A stretch of 63,837 bases of DNA from positions 1 to 63,837 of IMG/VR virus record IMGVR_UViG_3300032289_001441; one strand, 5' to 3'. The notes under the pieces were generated by a model, which did no database searches, had not been told where the DNA came from, and saw nothing but the letters and a program-made list of their open reading frames with translations. The position numbers and the translations under genes are program-made. Origin of the DNA: a virus (Duplodnaviria; Caudoviricetes). Shown one piece after another: positions 29,147 through 37,782 of this stretch (position 1 is the first letter of the stretch; every line of letters begins with the position of its first letter).

Positions 29147-29506
29147 ATGAGCCGAATGAAAAATGCGATCATTGCCTGTTGGGATGCGGACGCGATCCCC
29201 GTCCCAGGTGGCACCGTGAAGAAGTGGCGGGCGGCGGGCCATGCGGCCCCGACAATCCGAGTGCCCGTGACTGGCTACAACGGGCAGACGATCATGCTCC
29301 GCGCCATGCGGCACCGTGATGCCAGTGCGATGGCTATGCGGCTGGAGGGGTCGAGCGACGGCCGCCGGCTATGTCGCGAACTGACTGCCCTGCGGAAGTA
29401 TCGGTACATGGCTTTGCCATGCCGATGCGGTGCCTGCGGTGTTCGCGGGCAGCGGCACTTCTTTGTGAATACCGGGGCGGAGACGCTCTGCGTGAATTGT
29501 GGGTGA
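29147..29506 (+). CDS. Hypothetical protein with C-terminal Zn-ribbon (CxxC..CxxC)
   Basis: Flanked by identical 35-bp hairpin elements. Confidence 0.7.
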   Translation: MSRMKNAIIACWDADAIPVPGGTVKKWRAAGHAAPTIRVPVTGYNGQTIMLRAMRHRDASAMAMRLEGSSDGRRLCRELTALRKYRYMALPCRCGACGVRGQRHFFVNTGAETLCVNCG

Positions 29507-29590
29507 TCCCCGCCGGCACGTTGCCGGCGGGCGGGACAGATACGAAACTACACTACCCCCGGCCGGGGGAAACCTAAGAGGAGAGCGACG

Positions 29591-30535
29591 ATGAAGACGG
29601 CAACAAAAAAGGTGACCTACACGGCGACATTTCAGGAGAGCATCGCGGGCGCGGTGCTGGTGAACGTGGCTCGCAATCGGCGGCGGCTCGACCTGGGCAA
29701 TCTGCCGTCTGGCGTGATTGACTATCTCAGCCTGAAGAAGTCGGGCAGCGGGTGCTGGGTTTTCGATATCGATGGGCATCAGAAGTTTGATGATCTCGTC
29801 GCCTGCGCCGAGGTGACCGAAAAGAAGCAGGGCAAGAAGAAAGCACCCCGTCGAGCTACCGCGACATTTACCGTCGAGTCTTACAACGTCGAGCAGATTG
29901 AGCCGGCCGAGCAACTGCCGAATACATGGGGCGACGGTGCGAAGTGGGGCGTGAGCGACTGGTATGAGGAGTTAGAGACTGCAATCGCCGCTGCCCTCGT
30001 CCGCGGCAAGAGCTATGCCTGGACGACCGGATGGTATTCATCCAAGAAGGAAATCATGTCGGCTCGCATCTCGCAGCGTGGCGGCGAGATCACCGTCGAG
30101 GTGAGCGTCAGCGATGACTTCGATACCGAGGGTCGCGGCGAGCGGACGATCAAGTTCACCAAGCGGCTCGACCGCATCCGCGAGGCACTTGATGCCGCGG
30201 CAGATGCCGCCGAGAGCGACCGCCACGAAAACCAGTGCTATCACGGGTTCAGCGTAGGCCAAAAAGGTGCCTGGGAATTCACTCTAATCCTGCCCAATGG
30301 CGACGGATATCTGATGGACTCGCCGCCGGGAGACAACTATCACCGCTGGGGCTGGCAGGAAGTCGAGGACGGTGAGGATCGGCCGGCAGAGATTTCTGCC
30401 GATGACGCTGCGAGCCTCCTGGCGGCCGCGCACAGTTTCATCGACGGCGAAGTGTCAAGCCGGAAGCAGTGGGCAGTGGTCTGCGGCGGCGGCGAGTGGA
30501 CGATCCGGGCATGGGAGGACGAATCCGATGCCTGA
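29591..30535 (+). CDS. Hypothetical protein (314 aa, array)
   Basis: Hairpin leader, GAGGAG RBS. Confidence 0.8.
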   Translation: MKTATKKVTYTATFQESIAGAVLVNVARNRRRLDLGNLPSGVIDYLSLKKSGSGCWVFDIDGHQKFDDLVACAEVTEKKQGKKKAPRRATATFTVESYNVEQIEPAEQLPNTWGDGAKWGVSDWYEELETAIAAALVRGKSYAWTTGWYSSKKEIMSARISQRGGEITVEVSVSDDFDTEGRGERTIKFTKRLDRIREALDAAADAAESDRHENQCYHGFSVGQKGAWEFTLILPNGDGYLMDSPPGDNYHRWGWQEVEDGEDRPAEISADDAASLLAAAHSFIDGEVSSRKQWAVVCGGGEWTIRAWEDESDA

Positions 30536-30818
30536 CTTCAACATCGAATCGCACTGGTGCTGCTCGACCGCTCGCCACTGGCAGGCAATCATCGACGGGC
30601 ACCGAGTCGCCTGGGAACCCCTGCCGCCGTCCGCGAATGTCGGCTACGGGTTTGTGTGCGACTGCAAGGGGTACAAGTTCAGGAAAACGTGCCGGCACGT
30701 TAAGGCGGCAGAGTCGATGCGATGCGGATGGCAGGCATTCGTCCACGGCGGCGAGCAGGTCGATGGTCGATGCCCGCGATGCGGCGGCGAGGTGACGGCA
30801 GAGAGCTATGCGGTCTGA
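30528..30818 (+). CDS. SWIM zinc-finger protein
   Basis: CxC...CxH (CDCKGYKFRKTCRHV) plus C-terminal CPRCG. Confidence 0.75.
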   Translation: MPDFNIESHWCCSTARHWQAIIDGHRVAWEPLPPSANVGYGFVCDCKGYKFRKTCRHVKAAESMRCGWQAFVHGGEQVDGRCPRCGGEVTAESYAV

Positions 30819-30882
30819 TTGGGATGGCAGCCAGCGCGGCTGCCCCCTGGAACGTGGAAACCTAGAGACGAGGAGAACGACG

Positions 30883-31038
30883 ATGGCAAAGAAGAAGGCA
30901 GCGAAGAAGGCGACAACGAGCGGCAAAGCGGCAGACGTTCTGCCGGGGATGCCGGGTAAGTTTGTGGTGATGAGCATGAGTGGTAAGCAGAATGAGGCAA
31001 TCGCCGCAGCGATGCGGAAGATGCTTGGCGGCGGTTGA
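30883..31038 (+). CDS. Small basic protein
   Basis: GAGGAGAACGACG-ATG leader. Confidence 0.6.
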   Translation: MAKKKAAKKATTSGKAADVLPGMPGKFVVMSMSGKQNEAIAAAMRKMLGGG

Positions 31039-31139
31039 GCCGACCCCCCGCTCCCCCCGCACGGCGAAACGCTGGCGGGGATTGCGGCGGGCCAGCGTGG
31101 CCCCGAGCGTGGAAACCATAGAAGACTAGGAGAGCGACG

Positions 31140-31409
31140 ATGACAGCGACGGCGAAAATCACACTGCGGATCGACAGCAACATCCAAGGCGATGCCCGCG
31201 TGGAGCTATGGGAGGTGTGCTGCGGGTCATACCCCGTGATCGAGATGAGCGACGACAGCGACATCGACTTCGATGCCTGGGAGGTCAAGCAGATCGACGG
31301 CACCAGCGGCGAGCGGTATCGCGACGAGCAGGAGACGCTCTGCCACTGCATCTACCGCATGGGCTATCTGATCGACGGATACGGCAGCGACGAGTGGATC
31401 ATTCAGTAA
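31140..31409 (+). CDS. Acidic hypothetical protein (array)
   Basis: Box plus AGGAG leader. Confidence 0.7.
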   Translation: MTATAKITLRIDSNIQGDARVELWEVCCGSYPVIEMSDDSDIDFDAWEVKQIDGTSGERYRDEQETLCHCIYRMGYLIDGYGSDEWIIQ

Positions 31410-31462
31410 CAGAACCAATTCCCCCAGCCGGCCCCGGCCGGCGAAACCTAAGGAGCATGACG

Positions 31463-31708
31463 ATGACGACAACAATCAAGCTGACGAACCGCTGGCAGAC
31501 GATCTGCACGGTCGGCTACACGGGCGGCGTGAGCCGCGACGAAAACCGCTCCGCTCACGGTGGCGTTTGCCACTGCCAAGCGAGGCGGGCGAAGGACGGC
31601 ACGATCATGGGCAGAAAAGTGAACAGCAACGGCAGGCACGAGGAGGTCGGCGAGCCGTTCGCGATTGACGAAGATCGCGTGCGGCACTGGGCAGCGATTG
31701 GCGGCTGA
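31463..31708 (+). CDS. Hypothetical protein (array)
   Basis: ccggccggcgaaac plus AGGAG leader. Confidence 0.65.
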   Translation: MTTTIKLTNRWQTICTVGYTGGVSRDENRSAHGGVCHCQARRAKDGTIMGRKVNSNGRHEEVGEPFAIDEDRVRHWAAIGG

Positions 31709-31768
31709 CCCCCGCCCCGTGGAAACCTTTACCCGATTACCCCATGCCGCCCCGAGCGGCGAAGCGAG

Positions 31769-32341
31769 ATGACCATGCCATACTCGACTCATGTCTCCGA
31801 ACTCCGCACAGCGCGGCTGCGGCCATACGTCGCAGCCGCCTGGGCGGAGGCCGGAAGCTATTCGACGGATGACCTCGCGGCCATCGTCGGCCGTGCCGGT
31901 CGCCGGCAGAGCCTGCGAGCCGAGGCCGCCTGGAAGTTTGCGGACGAGGCGGCGACTGAGGCCGAGGAGCGGGATGCCGCCGACGCCGAGAAAGCCGAAC
32001 GAGAGGCAGCGGAGCTGGCTGAATATCTCGCGAGGAGGGCGGCAGTCGATGCCGCCCGCCGGGGGGCCGAGGCCGCCTGCGCCGCCGCAGGCTGGACGAT
32101 GACTTGGAGGCATGGCAGTGCCGGTGGCTCGATGTATTTCTGGATCGTTGGCCCTGGCGACGACGACGAGCGGATGAGCCTGCGGATCAGCGACCACATA
32201 GCCCCCGGCGGGGCAGGGTGGAGCGACGAACGGCAGGAGCGTCACGCCGAGCCCGATCTGAACATTGTGATTCGCCGCGGAGCGGGCGGCGAGTACACGC
32301 ACGATTTGACCCCGCTCGTGGAAACGATTGGCAGCAACTAA
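31769..32341 (+). CDS. Hypothetical protein with S.Y...LRISDH motif
   Basis: 190 aa ORF with box upstream. Confidence 0.7.
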   Translation: MTMPYSTHVSELRTARLRPYVAAAWAEAGSYSTDDLAAIVGRAGRRQSLRAEAAWKFADEAATEAEERDAADAEKAEREAAELAEYLARRAAVDAARRGAEAACAAAGWTMTWRHGSAGGSMYFWIVGPGDDDERMSLRISDHIAPGGAGWSDERQERHAEPDLNIVIRRGAGGEYTHDLTPLVETIGSN

Positions 32342-32381
32342 CCCAGCCGGCCCCGGCCGGCGAAACATCAGGAGCACGACG

Positions 32382-32576
32382 ATGAGAAACTTGAACATCA
32401 CTATCAGCGCGGAGGAGGAGGAGGCATTGCGGCGGTCGATTGCCGGCCTCGTCGCGGACGAGCGGCAACGGTTCTTCGGCCGGAAGCGGCAGAGCAAGAT
32501 GGAGCAGGCAGCCGAGCGTCTCTACGAGAAGATTTTTGAGCGCAGCCCGTGCGGATCTTCGCAGCCAGTCAAATAA
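32382..32576 (+). CDS. Hypothetical protein (array)
   Basis: Leader nearly identical to that at 31423. Confidence 0.65.
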   Translation: MRNLNITISAEEEEALRRSIAGLVADERQRFFGRKRQSKMEQAAERLYEKIFERSPCGSSQPVK

Positions 32577-32603
32577 CCCCCGACCAACGAAACGAACACA
32601 ACC

Positions 32604-32960
32604 ATGATGGGAATAAACATCAACGACAAGACGCAGCCCTTCACCGCTCAGATTCTGAGCGGCGAGAAGACGGTCGAGACGCGGCGAACCAACTCGCTGC
32701 ACCCCTATGTGGGGCAGCGGGTAGGCATCGTCCGCACCGGCCGTGGCAAGGCGACAATGGTCGGCTACGCGACCATTGGCGAGCCGATCCGCTACGAGCA
32801 CCAGAAGCAGTTTGCGGCCGACTACGCTCGCCACCGGGTGGCGGCGGGCTCCCCGCATGACTGCGGCACCGATGGCAAGTTTGGCTACATCCTGATCGAT
32901 GTTGAGGCGACTACCCCCAGGCCGGTGACGAGCCGCGGGATCGTGGCGAGAAGAATCTGA
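32604..32960 (+). CDS. ASCH/PUA domain protein
   Basis: QPF...ILSG.KTVETR signature. Confidence 0.8.
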   Translation: MMGININDKTQPFTAQILSGEKTVETRRTNSLHPYVGQRVGIVRTGRGKATMVGYATIGEPIRYEHQKQFAADYARHRVAAGSPHDCGTDGKFGYILIDVEATTPRPVTSRGIVARRI

Positions 32961-33044
32961 CAGAGCACAAAAAACTTTTTGTGCGACCACAAAAAACATT
33001 TTCCCAGCGACAGCAAAAACACGGCGAAAACAAGTTTTCTGAGA

Positions 33045-33061
33045 TTGGCACGCTGTGTGCA
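33045..33061 (+). promoter_or_regulatory. Candidate sigma54 (-24/-12) promoter
   Basis: TTGGCACG-CTGT-GTGCA, GG-N10-GC spacing, preceded by A-tracts. Confidence 0.5.
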
Positions 33062-33125
33062 ATAGCAACACCCGACCGAGCAAACGATAACCCTAACCCT
33101 AACCCCTAGTACGAGGAAACGAGAC

Positions 33126-33746
33126 ATGACCACGAAGACAAAGAAGCACGGCGTGATCGTCACGATTGGCGGCAAGCACAACACGAAGACGGTCTGGAAC
33201 CGCGGCCACCGGATGATCACCTACCGCAGGCAGCCGAGGCGTATCCGGTTCAGGTCGAAGATGGTGAACGACAAGAATCAGCACCTCTGCGGAGGCTGGG
33301 GATTCGCCGGCCTGGAGGACAACAACCTGTGGATCGAGCGGCAGCTTATCGCCGGCCGGAAGCCGTTCGGTGTGATGTTCTTCTGGGGGCCGGAACTCGA
33401 GCACGGCGAGCACATCGCCTGCGCCGAGCGTCTGCGAGCCGCCGGCCTCGTTGTCCGCGAGGGGGCTGGGTTCGTTAAGGGCACGAGGATCGTGGAAGCC
33501 TGCCACGACATTCGCGTGGCCGACATCGGCGACATGGGCGAGTTGCTCGCCGATTACGTCAAGGCACTCATCCCAGAGTACGAGGACGATCTTCGCGACG
33601 AGTTCAAGCGATACGGTGGCCGGCGGCTACGCTCCTTCATGGGCAAGCGTTGGGATACCGAGCATAACCCGCTGTGGCTGACCGGCCTCATCCTGGGCTA
33701 CCCCGTCGAAAACACGATCAGTTGCTATCACGAAGCGGTTTCGTGA
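33126..33746 (+). CDS. Hypothetical protein (GLILGYP motif)
   Basis: GAGGAAACGAGAC-ATG leader. Confidence 0.75.
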   Translation: MTTKTKKHGVIVTIGGKHNTKTVWNRGHRMITYRRQPRRIRFRSKMVNDKNQHLCGGWGFAGLEDNNLWIERQLIAGRKPFGVMFFWGPELEHGEHIACAERLRAAGLVVREGAGFVKGTRIVEACHDIRVADIGDMGELLADYVKALIPEYEDDLRDEFKRYGGRRLRSFMGKRWDTEHNPLWLTGLILGYPVENTISCYHEAVS

Positions 33747-33816
33747 TCCACCCGCGCTCGAGGGCCGCCGCCACCCCCGAGCGTGATAACCCCGAGCGGC
33801 GAAAGCAGAGGAGACG

Positions 33817-34197
33817 ATGACAAAAGAAGGATTCAGGATCGACAAGAAGAAGAGAATGTCGAAGAAGGCAGTCTGTGCCTACTTCGGCGAGCGCGGGATG
33901 CCGGTATCCCCCGCCGAGGTGGCCTTCCACGCGGTCGGCACGTTCACGAGCAGGAAGTGGGATCACGAGCACGGCGGTCGCTCGACCGATGAGCTGGAGA
34001 CGATCCCCGCCCTGGCCGTGATCATCAAGGAGCGTCCGAAAGGCATCTGCGACTGGGGCGATACGGACGATGGCCGGATGGATGTCTATGCTCTGAACGA
34101 CATCTACGGCGAATGCCAGGATGACGTTCCGGCACCGAAGTACGCGATCGCTGCGGCGAAGAGGGCGGCCCGACCGACGAAACGAGGTGCGACATGA
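33817..34197 (+). CDS. Hypothetical protein (array)
   Basis: Box plus GAGGAG RBS. Confidence 0.7.
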   Translation: MTKEGFRIDKKKRMSKKAVCAYFGERGMPVSPAEVAFHAVGTFTSRKWDHEHGGRSTDELETIPALAVIIKERPKGICDWGDTDDGRMDVYALNDIYGECQDDVPAPKYAIAAAKRAARPTKRGAT

Positions 34198-34475
34198 AAA
34201 AAGACGACCGCGTGATGCGGGACTATGTGATGGGTGGCAACTACGTTGGCACAGTCGCGACGATCTGCTCCCTCCGAGAAAACGGGTGGAGCGTCGAAGA
34301 GATTGCAGCCCAGATGCCAATCATCGGCAAGACCTGTGGCAACGAGGCAATACGAGCGGCCGGCTTGAACGGCGGGCCTCGAGTTAGTTCGCTCTACGAG
34401 CACATGAACCTGTTCGGAGAGCAATTGTGCGAGAGACTGCGTGAACTGCGGACGATGGACATTTCCACCAACTAA
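34194..34475 (+). CDS. Hypothetical protein
   Basis: ATGA coupling, GAGG RBS. Confidence 0.65.
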   Translation: MKKDDRVMRDYVMGGNYVGTVATICSLRENGWSVEEIAAQMPIIGKTCGNEAIRAAGLNGGPRVSSLYEHMNLFGEQLCERLRELRTMDISTN

Positions 34476-34488
34476 GGAGACCCCGACC

Positions 34489-34665
34489 GTGAGAAACCGA
34501 ATCACGCCCTACGAGGCCGGCTGGCTGACATTCTTGGTCAGCTCCGGCATCGCCAGCGAGGCCGACTGCCGCGCCGCGATGAATCGCGTGGCCCAGGAAG
34601 CCCTCGACGAGATCAATCGCCTGCGGGCGAAAAAGAGGGCTGGAAAACGTCGCAAGGATCGATAG
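34489..34665 (+). CDS. Small hypothetical protein
   Basis: AAGGAG RBS, GTG start. Confidence 0.5.
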   Translation: MRNRITPYEAGWLTFLVSSGIASEADCRAAMNRVAQEALDEINRLRAKKRAGKRRKDR

Positions 34666-34727
34666 GCTACTAGCCGATAGTAAATAGGCTACCAAGGAAG
34701 ATTAACCACGAAGAAAGGAGGCTCAGA

Positions 34728-35039
34728 ATGAGCCATGCAGCAGGAGATACGGTTTGGGTAGGCACGTCTCATGTCGGATACGACGGGCTCTCTCGCGGCC
34801 ATGTGCTGCGAGCGGACGTTGTCGCCGTCATCGACGGGTCGGTGATGATCAGATACCCCGCCAGCGGAACGATCCGAGCGGTCGAGAAGACAGCCGAGAC
34901 AATCTGCGACAGTGAGTCGGACGCCTGGGCGGCAGTGGCTCGCGAGCTGACTCAGGCCCGCGACCGCGTGCAGGCTGGAATCGATGAGGCGACCGCCAGG
35001 GCGGCCGGCAGTCGCGTCGGGGAGGCCGTGCCAGCATGA
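34728..35039 (+). CDS. Hypothetical protein
   Basis: AAGGAGG RBS. Confidence 0.7.
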   Translation: MSHAAGDTVWVGTSHVGYDGLSRGHVLRADVVAVIDGSVMIRYPASGTIRAVEKTAETICDSESDAWAAVARELTQARDRVQAGIDEATARAAGSRVGEAVPA

Positions 35040-35238
35040 ACCCCCGAGCGTGGAAATGGGTCATGGATGACCTGATCCGCACGCTCGTGCTCGTCAGACT
35101 CGGGCAATTGCTCGGGTCTGAGAGCACGGCGGCGCGGGCCGTCCACGATCTCGTCGAGGCTGTTTTTTCGATTGTCAGATGATGGGATGGACGCATAGAA
35201 TGACAACCCTACCCGAGCATGGAAACGAGAGGATCACG

Positions 35239-35628
35239 ATGAAATACGTTCTGAGCGACATTGCCGGCGAAAACTTCCGGCTGGCCGATGGGATGTGGAG
35301 CGAGGAGATCGACCTCGCGGAGCGGTTCTCGTTCGACGCCGCCCAGGTGCGGATCGAGGAACTGGCCGCGGATGGCGTTCACTGCAAAGCCGTCGAGACG
35401 CACGGCAGGAAGCGGAAGACATCCGAGTCGATCGTCAACCGCGTCACCAAGGCGCTCGACAAACTCGAGCGCCAGTGGGAGGGAAAAACAATCGGCATCG
35501 GCTACGAGGTCGATGTCGAGGTTGGGCAGATCATCCTGACCCTGGAGCCCGATGGAGAGCCCGAGCTTTCCTTGAACATCAGCGTAGACATCTCCGGCGT
35601 TTTCGTCGGGGTCGGAGACGAGAACTAA
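35239..35628 (+). CDS. Hypothetical protein (array)
   Basis: cccgagcatggaaacgagagga leader. Confidence 0.7.
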   Translation: MKYVLSDIAGENFRLADGMWSEEIDLAERFSFDAAQVRIEELAADGVHCKAVETHGRKRKTSESIVNRVTKALDKLERQWEGKTIGIGYEVDVEVGQIILTLEPDGEPELSLNISVDISGVFVGVGDEN

Positions 35629-35918
35629 TGGCAACCATCGAGATCAAAGAATATCTGACAATCCAGCAGGCCATGAAAGCTCTCGGATGCCCCCGGCGAA
35701 CGCTAGCCAGGGCGGTGTCGCGGGCGGAGGCGGCCGGCAAAAAGATCGTCGAGGAGTTCCTGGGCAAGCCGGTGATCCACAAGTCGAAGATCGCCGTGCT
35801 CAAGGAGTTCTACTACCCCTACGGCTCGCCGGCCCACCAGAAGATGGTGAAGCAGTGGGGGGCAGCCGGTGGCGCGCAGAAGCGAGTCAACCGGGAGAAG
35901 GCCGAGCGGCGTCGTTAA
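35628..35918 (+). CDS. Small HTH (excisionase/MerR-like) protein, right end of array
   Basis: YLT..QA..ALG....TL.R pattern; similar to 22125-22409. Confidence 0.7.
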   Translation: MATIEIKEYLTIQQAMKALGCPRRTLARAVSRAEAAGKKIVEEFLGKPVIHKSKIAVLKEFYYPYGSPAHQKMVKQWGAAGGAQKRVNREKAERRR

Positions 35919-35927
35919 AGGCTGCCT

Positions 35928-36215
35928 TTAGCATGAGTCCCTCGCCGTCCGTTTGCTATGGCATGGCTTGCATAACGTCCTGAGATTCGACAGCGCGTCT
36001 GTGCCACCCTTCGACTTCTCCACGATATGGTCGATGTCGGGGCTGCCCGTGACGAGCAGCCCGCACAACTGGCAGATGCCCATGTCGCGAGCGATCACGG
36101 CCAGCCGGGTTCGCCGCCACGCCGCGGTGCAGTAGCCGCGGGCTGCCGCCGTCGGCCGCTCCTGCCCCCGTGCAGGGGAACGATCAGGACGGTAGGTCGG
36201 TATTCTTTTCGGCAC
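35928..36215 (-). CDS. HNH endonuclease (packaging-associated, HK97 gp74-like)
   Basis: W...R..V..RD..CQLC, DHI, GG..NL..LC..CHS.RT. Confidence 0.9.
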   Translation of the reverse strand: MPKRIPTYRPDRSPARGQERPTAAARGYCTAAWRRTRLAVIARDMGICQLCGLLVTGSPDIDHIVEKSKGGTDALSNLRTLCKPCHSKRTARDSC

Positions 36216-36528
36216 GAGCCTGCTCCTGCCACCCGAGCATAAGAACCTGATGGGCTTGGCGGCGCTTCCACCACTCGACTATCGCCTTGACGATCAGTTG
36301 GGCGAGCACGCTGATTAGGATCGCGGCGATGACTGAGCCGTACTGATCCCTAGCCCGTAGGCGTAAACGAGCGGAGAGCACCTCGTCCATGCGGTCGGGC
36401 GGCGCGTCGGTTGGGAACTCTTCGACTGCCCATTCGACGAGACGGTCGCGGAGGGCAGGGTGCGCTGAGAGGCGAATGCCTCCTGCACGCGAGACGTAGG
36501 TCTTCAGCGTTTCGTATCTGGCGGGCAT
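36184..36528 (-). CDS. Hypothetical membrane protein
   Basis: One hydrophobic helix. Confidence 0.6.
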   Translation of the reverse strand: MPARYETLKTYVSRAGGIRLSAHPALRDRLVEWAVEEFPTDAPPDRMDEVLSARLRLRARDQYGSVIAAILISVLAQLIVKAIVEWWKRRQAHQVLMLGWQEQARAEKNTDLPS

Positions 36529-36785
36529 GTGCCGTCCTTGCATGGCGCGGAGGACGACGTGACTTTTCCCGTTCCGTTACAGACGGGGCACTTGGAAGTG
36601 ACTCGAGAATCGCCGACGACTCCCGTTCCGCGGCAATTACTACAGTCGGTTTTGATCGCGGGGGCAGGCTTGGCCTGGGCCAGGAGCGAGTATCTGCCGG
36701 CCACCGCAACGAATGGCCGAAGGTCTTCGGAGGCGCTCGAGCAGCCAGAGAGCAGGGCGGCGAGCATGAGGATGCACTTATACAT
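36504..36785 (-). CDS. Putative lipoprotein with DnaJ-type CxxCxGxG zinc finger
   Basis: LLSGC lipobox; CSNCRGTG and CPVCNGTG. Confidence 0.65.
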   Translation of the reverse strand: MYKCILMLAALLSGCSSASEDLRPFVAVAGRYSLLAQAKPAPAIKTDCSNCRGTGVVGDSRVTSKCPVCNGTGKVTSSSAPCKDGTCPPDTKR

Positions 36786-37782
36786 TGCCAGTGGCTCCGT
36801 ATGAGGCGATCTGACGGCGAGGCCAACCCGCAACGCTAGAGAGCGCGATGATGCTGCCGCATCGGTCAATCGTGTCCGCGAGTGCCCAGTAGCTGCCCTC
36901 TGGGATCAGAACATCTTCCATGCCGAACACGCGGCGATCGCCCGAGTTCCAGACAGCCCATTGATTGTTCCACAAGACAAGGGCTTGACCCCATTTGCGG
37001 ATGGTCTCAGGCCGATCGTCATATCCGAGCCAGTGTTGCGCATGAGCCCAGCGGCCGACCTGACGCGCTACTCCAAACTCTCCGCGGACACGCTCGAATG
37101 CCATGCCCGAGCAGTTGAAAATTCCCATGCCCGACGCCAGGAAATCGCGCACCTGTTCACGTCCCTTCAAGAACGTGGCCGTCCTTGCAACGTGCCGCTT
37201 TGTCTCGGCTGCGATGTTCGCTGGAGGTGGTGATGCGCCGTACATCGTGTGCGTGCGATCGGTGTATTGAGTCAGGTCGATCTTCAACTCTGGGTACGGT
37301 TTGCGAACAAGGAAACCGCGCTCGCAGGCGACCTTCGCCGCTTCACTGCAAACCCAGCCGTCGCTTGAGTAGCCCCTCCACCACCACAGACTCTCCTGGG
37401 CGATCGGCCATTCCTTGACGCCTGCGGCCGGCATCTCTGGAGTGCCCTCGACCCTCCCCGTAGCCTCGTCTGGCAGCCCGCTCGCAACCTCGCAGGCGAT
37501 CGTCACGGCGAGTGCTCGCGATGCGGCGGCAGCCACGCAGTCTCCGGTGAGCTGGGCGGCACCTGGGAAGCAGCCGGGAAAAACTCGCTCGACAGTCGGG
37601 AACAGGAGCGTCAGCTTGCCAGCACCGACATTCTCAAGCCCCCAGTCATAGGCAACATTCGCTCCGTTGGGGTCGCCGCCGTAGCGGAGAACGTAATCGG
37701 CGAATACCTCGTCTGCACGAGGGTCTACTCGAGCGCCTTGAACGCCGCGGTTGTATGCGTCAAGCGGGTCGAACTCAGCCAT
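36778..37782 (-). CDS. Papain-like (C1-type) cysteine peptidase
   Basis: Q..GDCV, WAHA...GYDD, WNNQW catalytic-like motifs. Confidence 0.65.
   Translation of the reverse strand: MAEFDPLDAYNRGVQGARVDPRADEVFADYVLRYGGDPNGANVAYDWGLENVGAGKLTLLFPTVERVFPGCFPGAAQLTGDCVAAAASRALAVTIACEVASGLPDEATGRVEGTPEMPAAGVKEWPIAQESLWWWRGYSSDGWVCSEAAKVACERGFLVRKPYPELKIDLTQYTDRTHTMYGASPPPANIAAETKRHVARTATFLKGREQVRDFLASGMGIFNCSGMAFERVRGEFGVARQVGRWAHAQHWLGYDDRPETIRKWGQALVLWNNQWAVWNSGDRRVFGMEDVLIPEGSYWALADTIDRCGSIIALSSVAGWPRRQIASYGATGNV

Larger units (their letters stand above)
22478..29538 (+). repeat. 11 dispersed intergenic hairpins with GGCRCGTTGCC apex
   Basis: Hairpins at ~22478, 23343, 23657, 24948, 25329, 26231, 26630, 26953, 28702, 29087 and 29509, each followed by a GAAAC or GAGAAC box and RBS. 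Confidence 0.92.

Noticed and set aside
22478-29538. Array hairpins as canonical attC sites, REP elements or intrinsic terminators
   Set aside because: They lack RYYYAAC/GTTRRRY ends, a GTAG tetranucleotide with RAYT, and U-tracts respectively.
33088-33105. Telomere-like (TAACCC)3
   Set aside because: Only three units; resembles the AAACCCC part of array leaders, so likely chance or slippage.
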